This document shows, piece by piece, positions 13,952-23,040 of a DNA stretch of 28,425 bases (within the stretch, counting starts at the first letter, position 1; every line of letters starts with the position of its first letter). The stretch is from a virus. Lineage: Duplodnaviria > Caudoviricetes. A program made the position numbers and the translations under genes. The stretch spans positions 1 through 28,425 of the IMG/VR virus record IMGVR_UViG_3300020161_003587, one strand, 5' to 3'. The notes under the pieces were generated by a model. It searched no databases. It saw only the letters and a list, made by a program, of their open reading frames with translations, and was not told the DNA's origin.

Positions 13952-15721
13952 TCACGCCGCCTCCCCAAAGCTGACCCGGACCCCGCTGGCGCCATCGCCG
14001 CGGGGTCTTGTCAACCCCTCGTTGATCAGCGCGTGCATGATCGCCCAGGCCACGTCGGCGTGGCCGGTGGTGCTGGATCGCTCGGCGTAGAAGGTCATGC
14101 CACCGCCGCCGGTGGCGGCTCGCTTGATCATCATGAAGGCTGCGGCGATGTCGCTGTGGCAGGAGTCCCAAGCGATGCGGCCTTCGCCGATGATGCTTTG
14201 CGCCTTCAGCACCAGGTTGGTTTTGCTCTGCTGGCCGTAGTTGATCGAGGTGGCGCGGGGGAAGAAGGACTGCACCATCTCGAAGACGCCGGAGCCGGGG
14301 CCGGTGACGTCGATGCCGATGTATTCGACCTGGTATTTCTCTGTTAGAGATTTGATCACGTCTGCCTGCTCTTCCCAGCGGGTGCCGTAGAGCGTGATCT
14401 TCTCGAGGAGCAAGAACTTGCCGCGGGTCTTTGCGGGGGGCGCAAGAACCACGATCGCGGCGCCGTCGATAGTGCGGCTGGGGTCGTAGCCGATCCACAC
14501 AGGGCCGAGCCAGCCGCCGCCGACTTTCAGCCATTCGGAGGAGTCGGCGAGGCAGGTCTCGAGCTCGGCGAAGCGGAAGACGCTGCCGCTGTCGTCGATG
14601 AACTCGCAAAGGAAAAGCTGGCGGAACGCCTCGGGGGAATACTCCAGCTTGAGCTGCTCTATGTCGAAGAGGTTGCAGCCCTGCCGCTCGGCGTCGATGA
14701 GGCTGATGATGCGGCGCCAGCAGCCGTCGCCGGCGGACCAGCGGGCGCCCTGGTGCAGCTCCTCCTCGCTGAGCATCGGGATGCGGGCCTTGCTGGCCTT
14801 CTTTTGCCGCTCGTTGAACTCGTCGCCGGACCAAACGGGATAAGCGGCGTGCGACTTGGCGGAAGGCGTGCTGAAATAGGTCTTGGTCCACTTCTTTTGC
14901 GATGCCATGGCGCCGGCCAGTTTGTTGAGCTTGGCGAAGCCCGGGATCCAGAAATATTCGTCGACGTAGACGTCGCCGTGGAATCCTTGCGAAGTGGTGG
15001 AATTCGTGCTCAGGAAGTAAAGCGTCGCCACACCCTTGGGCGTGATGATCTCGACTTTGTCCTTGCCGGTCAGCTCGATGCCGAACCAGTCGAGGGCGTA
15101 GCCCTTGATGTACTCCCGGAAGATGTCGCTTTGTGCTCGGCTCGCGCTCAAGAAGACCTTATTGCGCCCGGTGCAAAGCGCGTCGGCGAAGGCTTCCCGG
15201 GCGAAGTAGAAGGTCAGGCCTATCTGGCGGGATTTGAGGATTTGCCTTACCCGTTCCCGCCGCACCGCCCAGAGCTCTTTCTGATAGTCAAACAGGCCGG
15301 ACCAGAAGTGATCCATGACGGATTCTTCACTGATGCAGCTGAAGTCATTCTTCTGGCTCTTGCTCTTCTTTTTGCGCTCGCCGCGCTCTGCGCTTCCCGC
15401 AGGGCTTGCGCCTTCCGCAAGCGGGGTCGGTGCCTTGCTGCGGGCCTCGATCTTGGCAAGGCGGTCGATGACGCCGACGAGCGCGTCGATCTCCTGGAGC
15501 TCTCCCGGGCCTTTGATCTCGCGATTCAGCAGCAGCTGCAGGCGGTGATGCGCCACATAAAGCGAGCTCTGCTCGTTCAGGACCTCGCCCCACATCTCGG
15601 TCTTGATCCAGGTGTACAGGGTGCGCCTGTTGATGCTCAGAAGCTCCTCGATCTCGGTCACCTGGCAGCCTTGCAAATACATCTTCCTGGCTTCGAGCTT
15701 TTGTTCGTCGGTATAGGTCAT
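13952..15721 (-). CDS. Terminase large (ATPase/nuclease) subunit, P2 gpP-like
   Basis: N-terminal HTH, KSRQIGLT Walker A, VYVDE Walker B, GYDPS and HAD nuclease motifs. Likely start MTYTDEQK at 15721. Confidence 0.95.
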   Translation of the reverse strand: MTYTDEQKLEARKMYLQGCQVTEIEELLSINRRTLYTWIKTEMWGEVLNEQSSLYVAHHRLQLLLNREIKGPGELQEIDALVGVIDRLAKIEARSKAPTPLAEGASPAGSAERGERKKKSKSQKNDFSCISEESVMDHFWSGLFDYQKELWAVRRERVRQILKSRQIGLTFYFAREAFADALCTGRNKVFLSASRAQSDIFREYIKGYALDWFGIELTGKDKVEIITPKGVATLYFLSTNSTTSQGFHGDVYVDEYFWIPGFAKLNKLAGAMASQKKWTKTYFSTPSAKSHAAYPVWSGDEFNERQKKASKARIPMLSEEELHQGARWSAGDGCWRRIISLIDAERQGCNLFDIEQLKLEYSPEAFRQLFLCEFIDDSGSVFRFAELETCLADSSEWLKVGGGWLGPVWIGYDPSRTIDGAAIVVLAPPAKTRGKFLLLEKITLYGTRWEEQADVIKSLTEKYQVEYIGIDVTGPGSGVFEMVQSFFPRATSINYGQQSKTNLVLKAQSIIGEGRIAWDSCHSDIAAAFMMIKRAATGGGGMTFYAERSSTTGHADVAWAIMHALINEGLTRPRGDGASGVRVSFGEAA

Positions 15722-15791
15722 TTCGAAATCCCTTTTGTTGACTTCGATTTTATCGCGATTCCTGCCGCCAATGGTGCGGAAATCCGGGTTT

Positions 15792-15832
15792 GAAAGTGCG
15801 CTAAAGTGCGCTGACGAGCGCAGCGCACTTTC
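15792..15832. promoter_or_regulatory. Direct plus inverted AAAGTGCGCT repeats in the divergent late promoter region
   Basis: AAAGTGCGCT at 15793 and 15803, inverted AGCGCACTTT at 15822. Confidence 0.55.
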
Positions 15833-15941
15833 GTGCACAAGTCCAGAGACAAAAACACTTTGCGGACGGTTGAAAGTCGCTGCATTATGGAGCCACAAGA
15901 CACGCACCACAGTGCATCAACACAAACCTCAAGGGGCCACG

Positions 15942-16829
15942 ATGGCAGCTAAAATTTCACTCCTCACCGACTGGGTGAAAGTCGCGAAGTCCGGTAAAAC
16001 GGCAGACGGCAGGAAGATCGACGCCGCGTGGCTGAAAGATGCCGCCGCGACTTATAACCCCGACGATTACACGGCAGTCATCAACTACGAGCATCTGGGC
16101 GGCAACTTCGGCGCGGTTCGCGAGCTTCGCACCACCGCCGCTCCTGGTGGCGAAACCTTCCTCGAAGCCCGTCTGCAGCCGAACTCCGCAATGCTGAACA
16201 TGACCCAGAGCGGCGCCAAGGCTTTCTCCAGTGTCGAGCTGATTGCGAACTTCGCCGGCAGCGGCAAGTGGTATCTCACCGGCCTTGCCCTCACCGACAC
16301 CCCCGCTTCTCTCGGCACCACCGAGCTGCGATTCATCAAGATTCCCGAAGGCAAACGCCCTGAAGTCTGTGAGTCTCTTGAGGTCGATACCTCCAGCTTT
16401 GCTGTTACTGCTGCCTCCGAATCTGACGAAGGCCTGATGAAAAAAGCCCTCGCCATCCTCGCCCCCCTCTTTGCCTCCAAAACCCAAGAACCCCAAGCAC
16501 CCAAGGATCCCGCCGCCATGACTCCCGAACAACTCAAGAAACTCGAAGATGGCCAAGCTGCCGTCGTCGCCGCCGTCACCAAGCTCACTGAAACCTTCGC
16601 CGCCAAGCCGCCCGTCGCTGACAAGGCCCCGCCCGCTGCCGAGCCCGCCAAGGTCGAAGCCGCCGGCATCACCAAAGAGCAATTCTCCACCCTGGAGAAA
16701 TCCACCTCCGATCTTGCCGCTTCGGTGAAAACGCTGACCGAACAATTCGCCGCCGCGATGAAAGGTCAGCCCGGCACCAAGCCGCCCCCTCACGAGGGCT
16801 CGGCCGACGCAGACGAATCCTTCGTCTGA
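15942..16829 (+). CDS. Capsid scaffolding protein/protease, P2 gpO-like
   Basis: SGKTADGRKID, YNPDDYTAVINYEH and YLTGLALTDTPASLGT motifs. Confidence 0.93.
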   Translation: MAAKISLLTDWVKVAKSGKTADGRKIDAAWLKDAAATYNPDDYTAVINYEHLGGNFGAVRELRTTAAPGGETFLEARLQPNSAMLNMTQSGAKAFSSVELIANFAGSGKWYLTGLALTDTPASLGTTELRFIKIPEGKRPEVCESLEVDTSSFAVTAASESDEGLMKKALAILAPLFASKTQEPQAPKDPAAMTPEQLKKLEDGQAAVVAAVTKLTETFAAKPPVADKAPPAAEPAKVEAAGITKEQFSTLEKSTSDLAASVKTLTEQFAAAMKGQPGTKPPPHEGSADADESFV

Positions 16830-16839
16830 GGTGCCAACT

Positions 16840-17250
16840 ATGAAATTCCTTTCCCTCATCCTCAGCGTCCTGGCGCTGGCCTTCATCGCCAGCTGCGCCA
16901 CGGCCGACAACCCCCAGCGCCTCGGCGGCGTCACCATCTCCGGCAGCTGCGTCTTCATGGACGTTGGCACCATTGCCAAGAACGGTGACAACTCGGCCGC
17001 TTCGCAGCAGACGCCGCATAACGACATCAAGCCGGATCTCAACGCCAACCTGATGAAAGGCTCCGGCGGTGCCAGTGCCGTCGCCGTCGCCGCGGTCGAG
17101 GCCGCCGCCGCTCTGAAGCGAAACCTTGCGGATCCCGCACCTGCGCCCGCACCGGCTCCCGCGCCGCAACCTCAGCCGGTGCCTTTACCCGCTCCTCAAC
17201 CGTCCCCGGCCCCCAAGCCTGACGCCGCGCCGATCAGTCCGGCCGCCTGA
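16840..17250 (+). CDS. Proline-rich lipoprotein
   Basis: Signal peptide MKFLSLILSVLALAFIAS-C with lipobox. C-terminal PAPAPAPAPQPQP. GAGG RBS upstream. Confidence 0.75.
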   Translation: MKFLSLILSVLALAFIASCATADNPQRLGGVTISGSCVFMDVGTIAKNGDNSAASQQTPHNDIKPDLNANLMKGSGGASAVAVAAVEAAAALKRNLADPAPAPAPAPAPQPQPVPLPAPQPSPAPKPDAAPISPAA

Positions 17251-17308
17251 CGCCTTCCCTGTTCAAATCCCCCCCACCCGCTTCCAGAAACACCCGGAGA
17301 TCATCCCC

Positions 17309-18325
17309 ATGCGCATCGAATCCCGCAAATTGTTCAACGCACTGCAGAAGGCCATGGCCCAAGCCTATGGCACCGAGAACGCCTCTCAGCAATTCACCGC
17401 CACCCCCTTGATGGCTCAGACCCTCAATGACGCCGTTCAGAAGAGCAGCGGCTTCCTCAGCCGCATCACCATCGCCCCCCGCCCGGACTTGGTCGGCGAA
17501 GTCCTCACCATGTCGATCCTTTCCAGCGTTGCCGGCCGCACCGACACCAGCTCCTCCGGTGAGCGTTCGCCGCAACAAGCCGGCGCCCCCAATCAGACCC
17601 GCGCCTACGCCATGAAGCAGCATAACTACGACACGGCGATGAAATACTCCCTGATCGACAGCTGGGCTCGCTACCCCGACTTCCGCAAGCGCTACTCCGC
17701 CGCCATCCAACAGCGCATCGCCCTCGACCGCCTGATGGTCGGCTGGTACGGCATGAGCGCCGCCGCCACCACCGACCGCGTCGCCAATCCCAAGCTGCAG
17801 GACGTCAACAAGGGCTGGATCTACGACCTGAAGACCAACAAGCCCGAGCACTACCTCAGCCCCACCGGCGCTGGCGCACTCGGCCAGATCAATCTCGGCC
17901 CCACCGGCGATTACAAGAACCTCGACCACCTGGTCTTCTCCCTGTTCTCGCTTATCGCCGAAGAGCACCGCACCGGCAACGAAGTCGCCATCATCGGCCA
18001 GGGCCTCGTCACCTGGGAAATGGGCAAGCTCCTCGCTGAACACGCCGGCACCCCGACCGAGAAAAACGCCATCAAGGTCCTCGGCAAGTCTTACGGCGGT
18101 CTGGAATCCGTCGTCGTCTCCAACTTCCCCGACAACGGCCTCCTGATTGTCGACCCCGCCATGCTTCACATCTACTTCCAAGATTCGAGCGTCCGCCGCC
18201 AGTCGGTCGACAACCCGAAGAAGGATCAGGTCGAGGACTACATCTCGATGCAAGAAGCCTACATGATCGAGAACCTCGAGGCCTGCGTCGCCATCGACGA
18301 CAGCAAAGTTGTGATCGAAGCCTGA
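17309..18325 (+). CDS. Major capsid protein, P2 gpN family
   Basis: SSGFLSRI, AGRTDT, IALDRLMVGWYG and NPKLQDVNKGW motifs. Confidence 0.96.
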   Translation: MRIESRKLFNALQKAMAQAYGTENASQQFTATPLMAQTLNDAVQKSSGFLSRITIAPRPDLVGEVLTMSILSSVAGRTDTSSSGERSPQQAGAPNQTRAYAMKQHNYDTAMKYSLIDSWARYPDFRKRYSAAIQQRIALDRLMVGWYGMSAAATTDRVANPKLQDVNKGWIYDLKTNKPEHYLSPTGAGALGQINLGPTGDYKNLDHLVFSLFSLIAEEHRTGNEVAIIGQGLVTWEMGKLLAEHAGTPTEKNAIKVLGKSYGGLESVVVSNFPDNGLLIVDPAMLHIYFQDSSVRRQSVDNPKKDQVEDYISMQEAYMIENLEACVAIDDSKVVIEA

Positions 18326-18330
18326 TCTGA

Positions 18331-18360
18331 GGCGGGCGCAGCCTAAGAATTGCGCCCGCC
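18331..18360 (+). promoter_or_regulatory. Perfect 10-bp stem hairpin after the capsid gene (mRNA stabiliser or partial terminator)
   Basis: ggcgggcgca-N10-tgcgcccgcc with no U tract. Confidence 0.5.
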
Positions 18361-18436
18361 GCAGCCCCAACATGAAGGCCTTCTACTTCCTCCGAGCCGT
18401 CTTTTCTGAGCTCAACCCCTTCTCTGGAGCCTCCCG

Positions 18437-19174
18437 ATGAACCCCCATCCCAACCCCGCTTGGCGCTGGCGACAAAGCGTCCTTGATGCCAAGGCCAAGG
18501 CCGAAGCCGATGCCAAAGGCGTCGCCGCCGGCGGCCAGGAGAACCGCGAATTCGACCTGCTCCTCAGCTCGCTGGATAACGACCTCCGCCGCCTCGGTGC
18601 CCTGCCGCAAGGCTCGTCCCGCAACAAGGTGAAGGCGGAAGAGCTGATCCCGCAGTACCTGCCGCACCTCGTGAAGTACCAAGCCAACGGCGACTCCTAC
18701 GCCAATCCGGTCCTGGTGCAGGTCATGATCTGGCTCTTCGACATTGGCGACATCGAGCCGGCCTTGCGACTCGCCTGTTTGGCCGCCGAGCAAAAGCAGC
18801 AGCTCCCCGAACGCTTCACCCGCCGCGACATCGCCACCTTTGCGGCAGACGCAACCCTCGAATGGGCCAAGGGCCAGCTAAATCAGAAACAGGCCATCGA
18901 GCCGCACTTCAGCGGAGTCCTCTACCTGATCGAATCTGGCAAGTGGCAGATCCACGACGCCATCCAGGTGAAGTTCCTCCGCCTCAAGGTCGACTTGGTC
19001 AAGGACTCGAACCCCGCACAAGCTCTCGAGCTCTGCATCCGCATCCTCGCCCTCGATCCCAACGCCCCGCTGAAAACCGTCATCGACAAGCTTGAGAAAG
19101 CCGTCGACAAGATGGAAAAAGACTTCGCCAAACAAATCAAACAAACACCTCCCCCCCCGGCTGCGGGTGCCTGA
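18437..19174 (+). CDS. Terminase small subunit, P2 gpM-like
   Basis: KAEELIPQY, VMIWLFDIGD...AL and LPERFTR motifs, plus synteny. Confidence 0.9.
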   Translation: MNPHPNPAWRWRQSVLDAKAKAEADAKGVAAGGQENREFDLLLSSLDNDLRRLGALPQGSSRNKVKAEELIPQYLPHLVKYQANGDSYANPVLVQVMIWLFDIGDIEPALRLACLAAEQKQQLPERFTRRDIATFAADATLEWAKGQLNQKQAIEPHFSGVLYLIESGKWQIHDAIQVKFLRLKVDLVKDSNPAQALELCIRILALDPNAPLKTVIDKLEKAVDKMEKDFAKQIKQTPPPPAAGA

Positions 19175-19246
19175 CCGCTTGGGAAGGGCTCGCCCTAAAT
19201 CCCAAACGACCAGAACACCCCCAGCTCTTTTCCCCAAGGCCCCGCC

Positions 19247-19720
19247 ATGAGCTTCGAATACGGATTCAACACCAGGACCTTCGCCCCCTCGCCTGAACAG
19301 GTGGTGGTGACGGATTTCTGGCCGAGCGTCAATACGAAGAGCTTCCAGGCGGAATACCGGATCCCCAGTGACCTGCCGGCGGAAACGGTGGTGAGCCAGC
19401 TCAATCTCGCATTGATCACCGTGATGTCTGAGCTGGGCACTTGGAAAGCCGAGCAGGTCGCCGCCGGCTACAGCTCCCTCGCTGCCATCCCGGCCGACAA
19501 GGTCGACGAAATCAGCGTCAAGGAATGGCTTTTCCTCCGGGCCGTCTACTGCACCGCCAAGGCGAACCTGCTGCCGGAAAACCGCAGCATGAGCCGCAAG
19601 GCCGAAGCCGAGATCCTCGCCAAGTCTGACCCCGAGATGGGGCAAGACTACCACGCTATGGCCTCGGTGGCCCTGCGCCGCCTTATCGGTGTTCCCAATG
19701 TCGGGGTTTACCTCGCATGA
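19247..19720 (+). CDS. Head completion/stabilisation protein, P2 gpL-like
   Basis: DFWPSV...F...YRIP and RAVYCTAKANLL motifs, plus synteny. Confidence 0.88.
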   Translation: MSFEYGFNTRTFAPSPEQVVVTDFWPSVNTKSFQAEYRIPSDLPAETVVSQLNLALITVMSELGTWKAEQVAAGYSSLAAIPADKVDEISVKEWLFLRAVYCTAKANLLPENRSMSRKAEAEILAKSDPEMGQDYHAMASVALRRLIGVPNVGVYLA

Positions 19721-20220
19721 ATCCCCTCGGCCACAACTCGCTCGCCGCCCTGGTGGAGCATCTCCTCGCCCACGCCGACAAGCTCGGCGTCGACAAGATC
19801 AACATCGACGCCGAGGTGGAGAGCGGATCCACCAGCTCCGCCGGCGGCCTCGATGTCGAGGGCCTCGACGCCAAGGGGAATCCCGCCGCCGGCATCGCCT
19901 TCCTGGCCTTCCGCTACACCGCCAGCGTTTATCTGGACACTCTGCCCAGCCGCTCCGTCCCTCTGCTCTTGCTCCTGGTGCAAACGCAACTCGATCAGGA
20001 CGAAAATCGCGAGCGACTGAAGCTCCCGGAACCCAAGTACCTGTTCCAGAAAGAGACCGAGACCCACACCGGCGTCGTCATCACCGCCGAGTTCTCCGAC
20101 ACCTTCCACCTGAAGGAAGACACGGCGGGCCTTCTGAAGCTCGACGGCAAGAGCTACTCGCTCGGCGACTACGACCTCTACATCGCCGAATCCGGCACCG
20201 TGGAGCACGCCCGCACATGA
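19717..20220 (+). CDS. Tail completion protein (P2 gpR-like)
   Basis: Synteny, FRYTASVYLD motif and ATGA coupling. Confidence 0.65.
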   Translation: MNPLGHNSLAALVEHLLAHADKLGVDKINIDAEVESGSTSSAGGLDVEGLDAKGNPAAGIAFLAFRYTASVYLDTLPSRSVPLLLLLVQTQLDQDENRERLKLPEPKYLFQKETETHTGVVITAEFSDTFHLKEDTAGLLKLDGKSYSLGDYDLYIAESGTVEHART

Positions 20221-20987
20221 TCACCATCAGCCACAAAGGACTCGACGAAGCGGTCAAGATCATTCAGCTGCTCCGGCTCTCGCCGGAGGACCTGAAGCGC
20301 CTGCACTACTCCCTCGGCAACGCCGTCGTCTCGGCTACCCGCAAGCACCTGAAGGCACAGACCACGGTCGACGGTGCGGCGATGCAAGCCCGCAAGCGCT
20401 TCGTCGCCAATCCCAAGCATCTCAGCGGCATGGCTGCGCTTAAAAATGCCCGGCTCCTGCGCCGCATGGCCGCCTCTAGCTCCCCCTTCGGCAATCACAT
20501 CAAAGTTTTGCCCAGCGCCGAAGGTGGGCTGGTCACCTGGCCGAACGACATGACCGCCCAGATTGCCTACCGCCACCAGTTCGGCATCGCCGGACGCTGG
20601 GACAATCGCAGCCCCGAGGGGCAACGCGAGCTCAAGCGCTGGATCGAGCTGCAGGCGAAACAGGAAGCACGCCAGGCCCGCAGCTCCGGCAGAGTCCGCG
20701 CTCCGGCGACGCATGAGCAGGCGTCTGAATTGGTTCGCCGCGGTTTCCTGCAGAAGGTCGGCGGCGGCGGCCAGATCCGCCGCGACTACACCTGGATCCG
20801 CGCTCGCATGAGCGCCCCGCAAGCGGCCATGATCCTCCGCAAGATGGGAGCGGCCCCGGCCAAGGCGGACAAACCGCAGGCGTGGGATATCCCGATCCCG
20901 GCCCGCCCCTTCCTCGGCGTCTCAGCCAAAGAGATGCCCGAACTTCGCCAGATCATCCTCGACAAATTCACCAGCAAACGGAGATAA
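20217..20987 (+). CDS. Virion morphogenesis protein (P2 gpS-like)
   Basis: QTTVDG...RK, IAYRHQFG and PARPFLGVS motifs. Real start is 20217. Confidence 0.85.
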   Translation: MITISHKGLDEAVKIIQLLRLSPEDLKRLHYSLGNAVVSATRKHLKAQTTVDGAAMQARKRFVANPKHLSGMAALKNARLLRRMAASSSPFGNHIKVLPSAEGGLVTWPNDMTAQIAYRHQFGIAGRWDNRSPEGQRELKRWIELQAKQEARQARSSGRVRAPATHEQASELVRRGFLQKVGGGGQIRRDYTWIRARMSAPQAAMILRKMGAAPAKADKPQAWDIPIPARPFLGVSAKEMPELRQIILDKFTSKRR

Positions 20988-20991
20988 ACCC

Positions 20992-22125
20992 ATGGGCATC
21001 GGCAGCGTAGACATCGTCACCCTCAACAACCAAGGCGGCAGCTTTGCCGCCACTGAACGCAGCTTCCTTTTCTTTGGCGACGCCGCCAGCGACGCCCACA
21101 ACAAAGAGCTGCTCACCATCGGCCCGCAGTCCGATCTTGACCTGCTCCTCGGCAGCGGTACCAGCGAGCTGAAAACCCAGCTGCAGGCCGCCATCGCCAA
21201 CGCCGCGACGCCCAACTTCGTCTGCTACGCCATGCCGATCACCCCAGGAACCGACTCCTGGACGGCCCTGCTCGACAAAGCCTTCACCGAATCGCCCCAG
21301 CTCGCGATCGAGGGCGTCGTCATCTGCCACGCGATCACCGCTCAGGCCGATATCACCGCCGCCCAGACCGCGATGAACACCATGCTGAGCAAGTTCGCCG
21401 TTTACCTCTCCTGCCACATGGCCGTCGCCGGCATCAACCCGGCCACCCAGACTTGGAGCGCCTACAAGACCGCGATCAAGGCCCTCAACAACGGCGTCGC
21501 CGCGGCTCGTGTCTCCCTGGTACCGCAGCTGCACGGTAACAACCTCGGCGTCGTCATCGGCCGCTTGTGCAACCCCGCCACCTCGCTGGCAGACACCCCG
21601 ATGCGGGTCGCCACCGGCGCCCTGATCGGCCTCGGCCCCAACCCGGTGGACTCCGCCGGCGCCGCCATCAACATGGCCGACATGAAGGAACTCAGCGACG
21701 CCCGCTTCTCGGTCCCCGAGTGGTACGCCGGCTACAACGGCACCTACTGGGCCGACCACATGATGCTCGATAACCAGGGCGGTGACTTCCAAGTCTTCGA
21801 GAACCTGCGGGTCATGGATTACCTCGCCCGCCGCGTCCGCATCCTCTCCATCGCCCGCATTGCCGACCGCCGCTTGAACAGCACCAACAAGAGCATCGAG
21901 CTGCACAAGACCTATTTCGGCCGTGTCCTTCGAGAAGCAGCTCGCCCGATCGTCATCGGCGCCAGCGAAATCCCCGGCCTGATCACTCCCCCGGTGGAAG
22001 GCGATATCGCCATCACCTGGCTGAGCCAGACCGAGGTCGCCATCGGCATCACCGCCGCCCCCTACAACAACCCCAAGAAGATCACGGTCTATCTCGCCCT
22101 TGATCTCAACCGAGGAGTCGCTTAA
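20992..22125 (+). CDS. Tail sheath protein (HP1-type, DUF2586-like)
   Basis: ERSFLFFG, GVVIGRLC, RFSVPEWYAGYNGTYWAD and GGDFQVFENLRV motifs. Confidence 0.88.
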   Translation: MGIGSVDIVTLNNQGGSFAATERSFLFFGDAASDAHNKELLTIGPQSDLDLLLGSGTSELKTQLQAAIANAATPNFVCYAMPITPGTDSWTALLDKAFTESPQLAIEGVVICHAITAQADITAAQTAMNTMLSKFAVYLSCHMAVAGINPATQTWSAYKTAIKALNNGVAAARVSLVPQLHGNNLGVVIGRLCNPATSLADTPMRVATGALIGLGPNPVDSAGAAINMADMKELSDARFSVPEWYAGYNGTYWADHMMLDNQGGDFQVFENLRVMDYLARRVRILSIARIADRRLNSTNKSIELHKTYFGRVLREAARPIVIGASEIPGLITPPVEGDIAITWLSQTEVAIGITAAPYNNPKKITVYLALDLNRGVA

Positions 22126-22127
22126 TC

Positions 22128-22577
22128 ATGGGCAAGCAACGCATCAACTCGCTGAGTTTCTCGATCACCCTCGGCGACACCGACATCCACGTCGACAAAA
22201 TGTCGCTCGACATCGATGACGGCACTACAGCCACCAAGAAGAACGGCAGGCCCGACGGCTATGTCCTCGGCGAAGCCTCGGCCAAAGGGGATCTCTCGAT
22301 CGACCTGGCCGAGTGCAAGAAGCTCAAAGCAGCGGCTCAAGCTGCCGGATCCTGGCAGGCCCTCGCCCCCTTCGACATCGTCGCCTACGCCAAGAGCGGT
22401 GACGACGAAACCAAAATCGAATGCTTCGGCTGCAAGATCAAGCTCAACAAAGTCCTTGATGTCGACAAAGGCAGCAATGACAAGTCCGTGCGATCTATCC
22501 CCTTCGAAGTCACCTCGCCGGAGTTCATCAACATCGACGGCGTCCCCTATCTCAAACCCCAAGATGGGAAGCAATAA
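22128..22577 (+). CDS. Tail tube protein (DUF2597-like)
   Basis: GRPDGYVLG, AGSWQ and VTSPEFINIDGVPYL motifs. Confidence 0.88.
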   Translation: MGKQRINSLSFSITLGDTDIHVDKMSLDIDDGTTATKKNGRPDGYVLGEASAKGDLSIDLAECKKLKAAAQAAGSWQALAPFDIVAYAKSGDDETKIECFGCKIKLNKVLDVDKGSNDKSVRSIPFEVTSPEFINIDGVPYLKPQDGKQ

Positions 22578-22580
22578 GCC

Positions 22581-22868
22581 ATGAGCAAGTCTAAGAAGAT
22601 CATCCTCACCGTCGTCGACGTCGATTTCGAATTCACCGTCGGCCTGAAGGAATACGAAGATTTCCAGAACGAGATGACCAGCGGCAAGGGCCTCTCCGCG
22701 CCGTCCAAAACTCTCTTGCGCCGCACCATCAAACCGGAACAGAAAGAAGCCCTGCAAGAGCTTTGCGAGGACGGCCTTGCCGTCGAGCTCGCCGCCATGG
22801 TGGTCAACGAGTTCCGGCCCAAGGTCGAAATCTCGGTAAAAAAGTCGACGAGCTCCTCGCCGGACTAA
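22581..22868 (+). CDS. Tail assembly chaperone (short form)
   Basis: Lies between tube and tape measure; ends PKVEISVKK at the slippery site. Confidence 0.85.
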   Translation: MSKSKKIILTVVDVDFEFTVGLKEYEDFQNEMTSGKGLSAPSKTLLRRTIKPEQKEALQELCEDGLAVELAAMVVNEFRPKVEISVKKSTSSSPD

Positions 22869-23035
22869 GACAAAACGAGCTCAGCCGCCGCCGCGTCCTC
22901 TGCCGCAAATGGTTCCCCAAAGAGCCGATGAGCGAGCAGACGGTGGCGGAGGCGATGCTCCTCGAGGAGCTCCACTGGGAAAACATGAAACAAGTCGTCG
23001 CCGCCGGGATCGCCCTGGCTTTTGAAGGGGAATAA
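22581..23035 (+). CDS. Tail assembly chaperone, -1 frameshifted long form
   Basis: A_AAA_AAG at 22838-22844. The -1 frame is open to TAA at 23035 (KKVDELL...AAGIALAFEGE). Confidence 0.8.
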
Positions 23036-23040
23036 ACGAG

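Noticed and set aside
15722-15941. Overlapping upstream extensions of the terminase (to 15910) and scaffold (from 15735)
   Set aside because: Recognisable domains start at 15721 and 15942. The interval is a divergent regulatory region.
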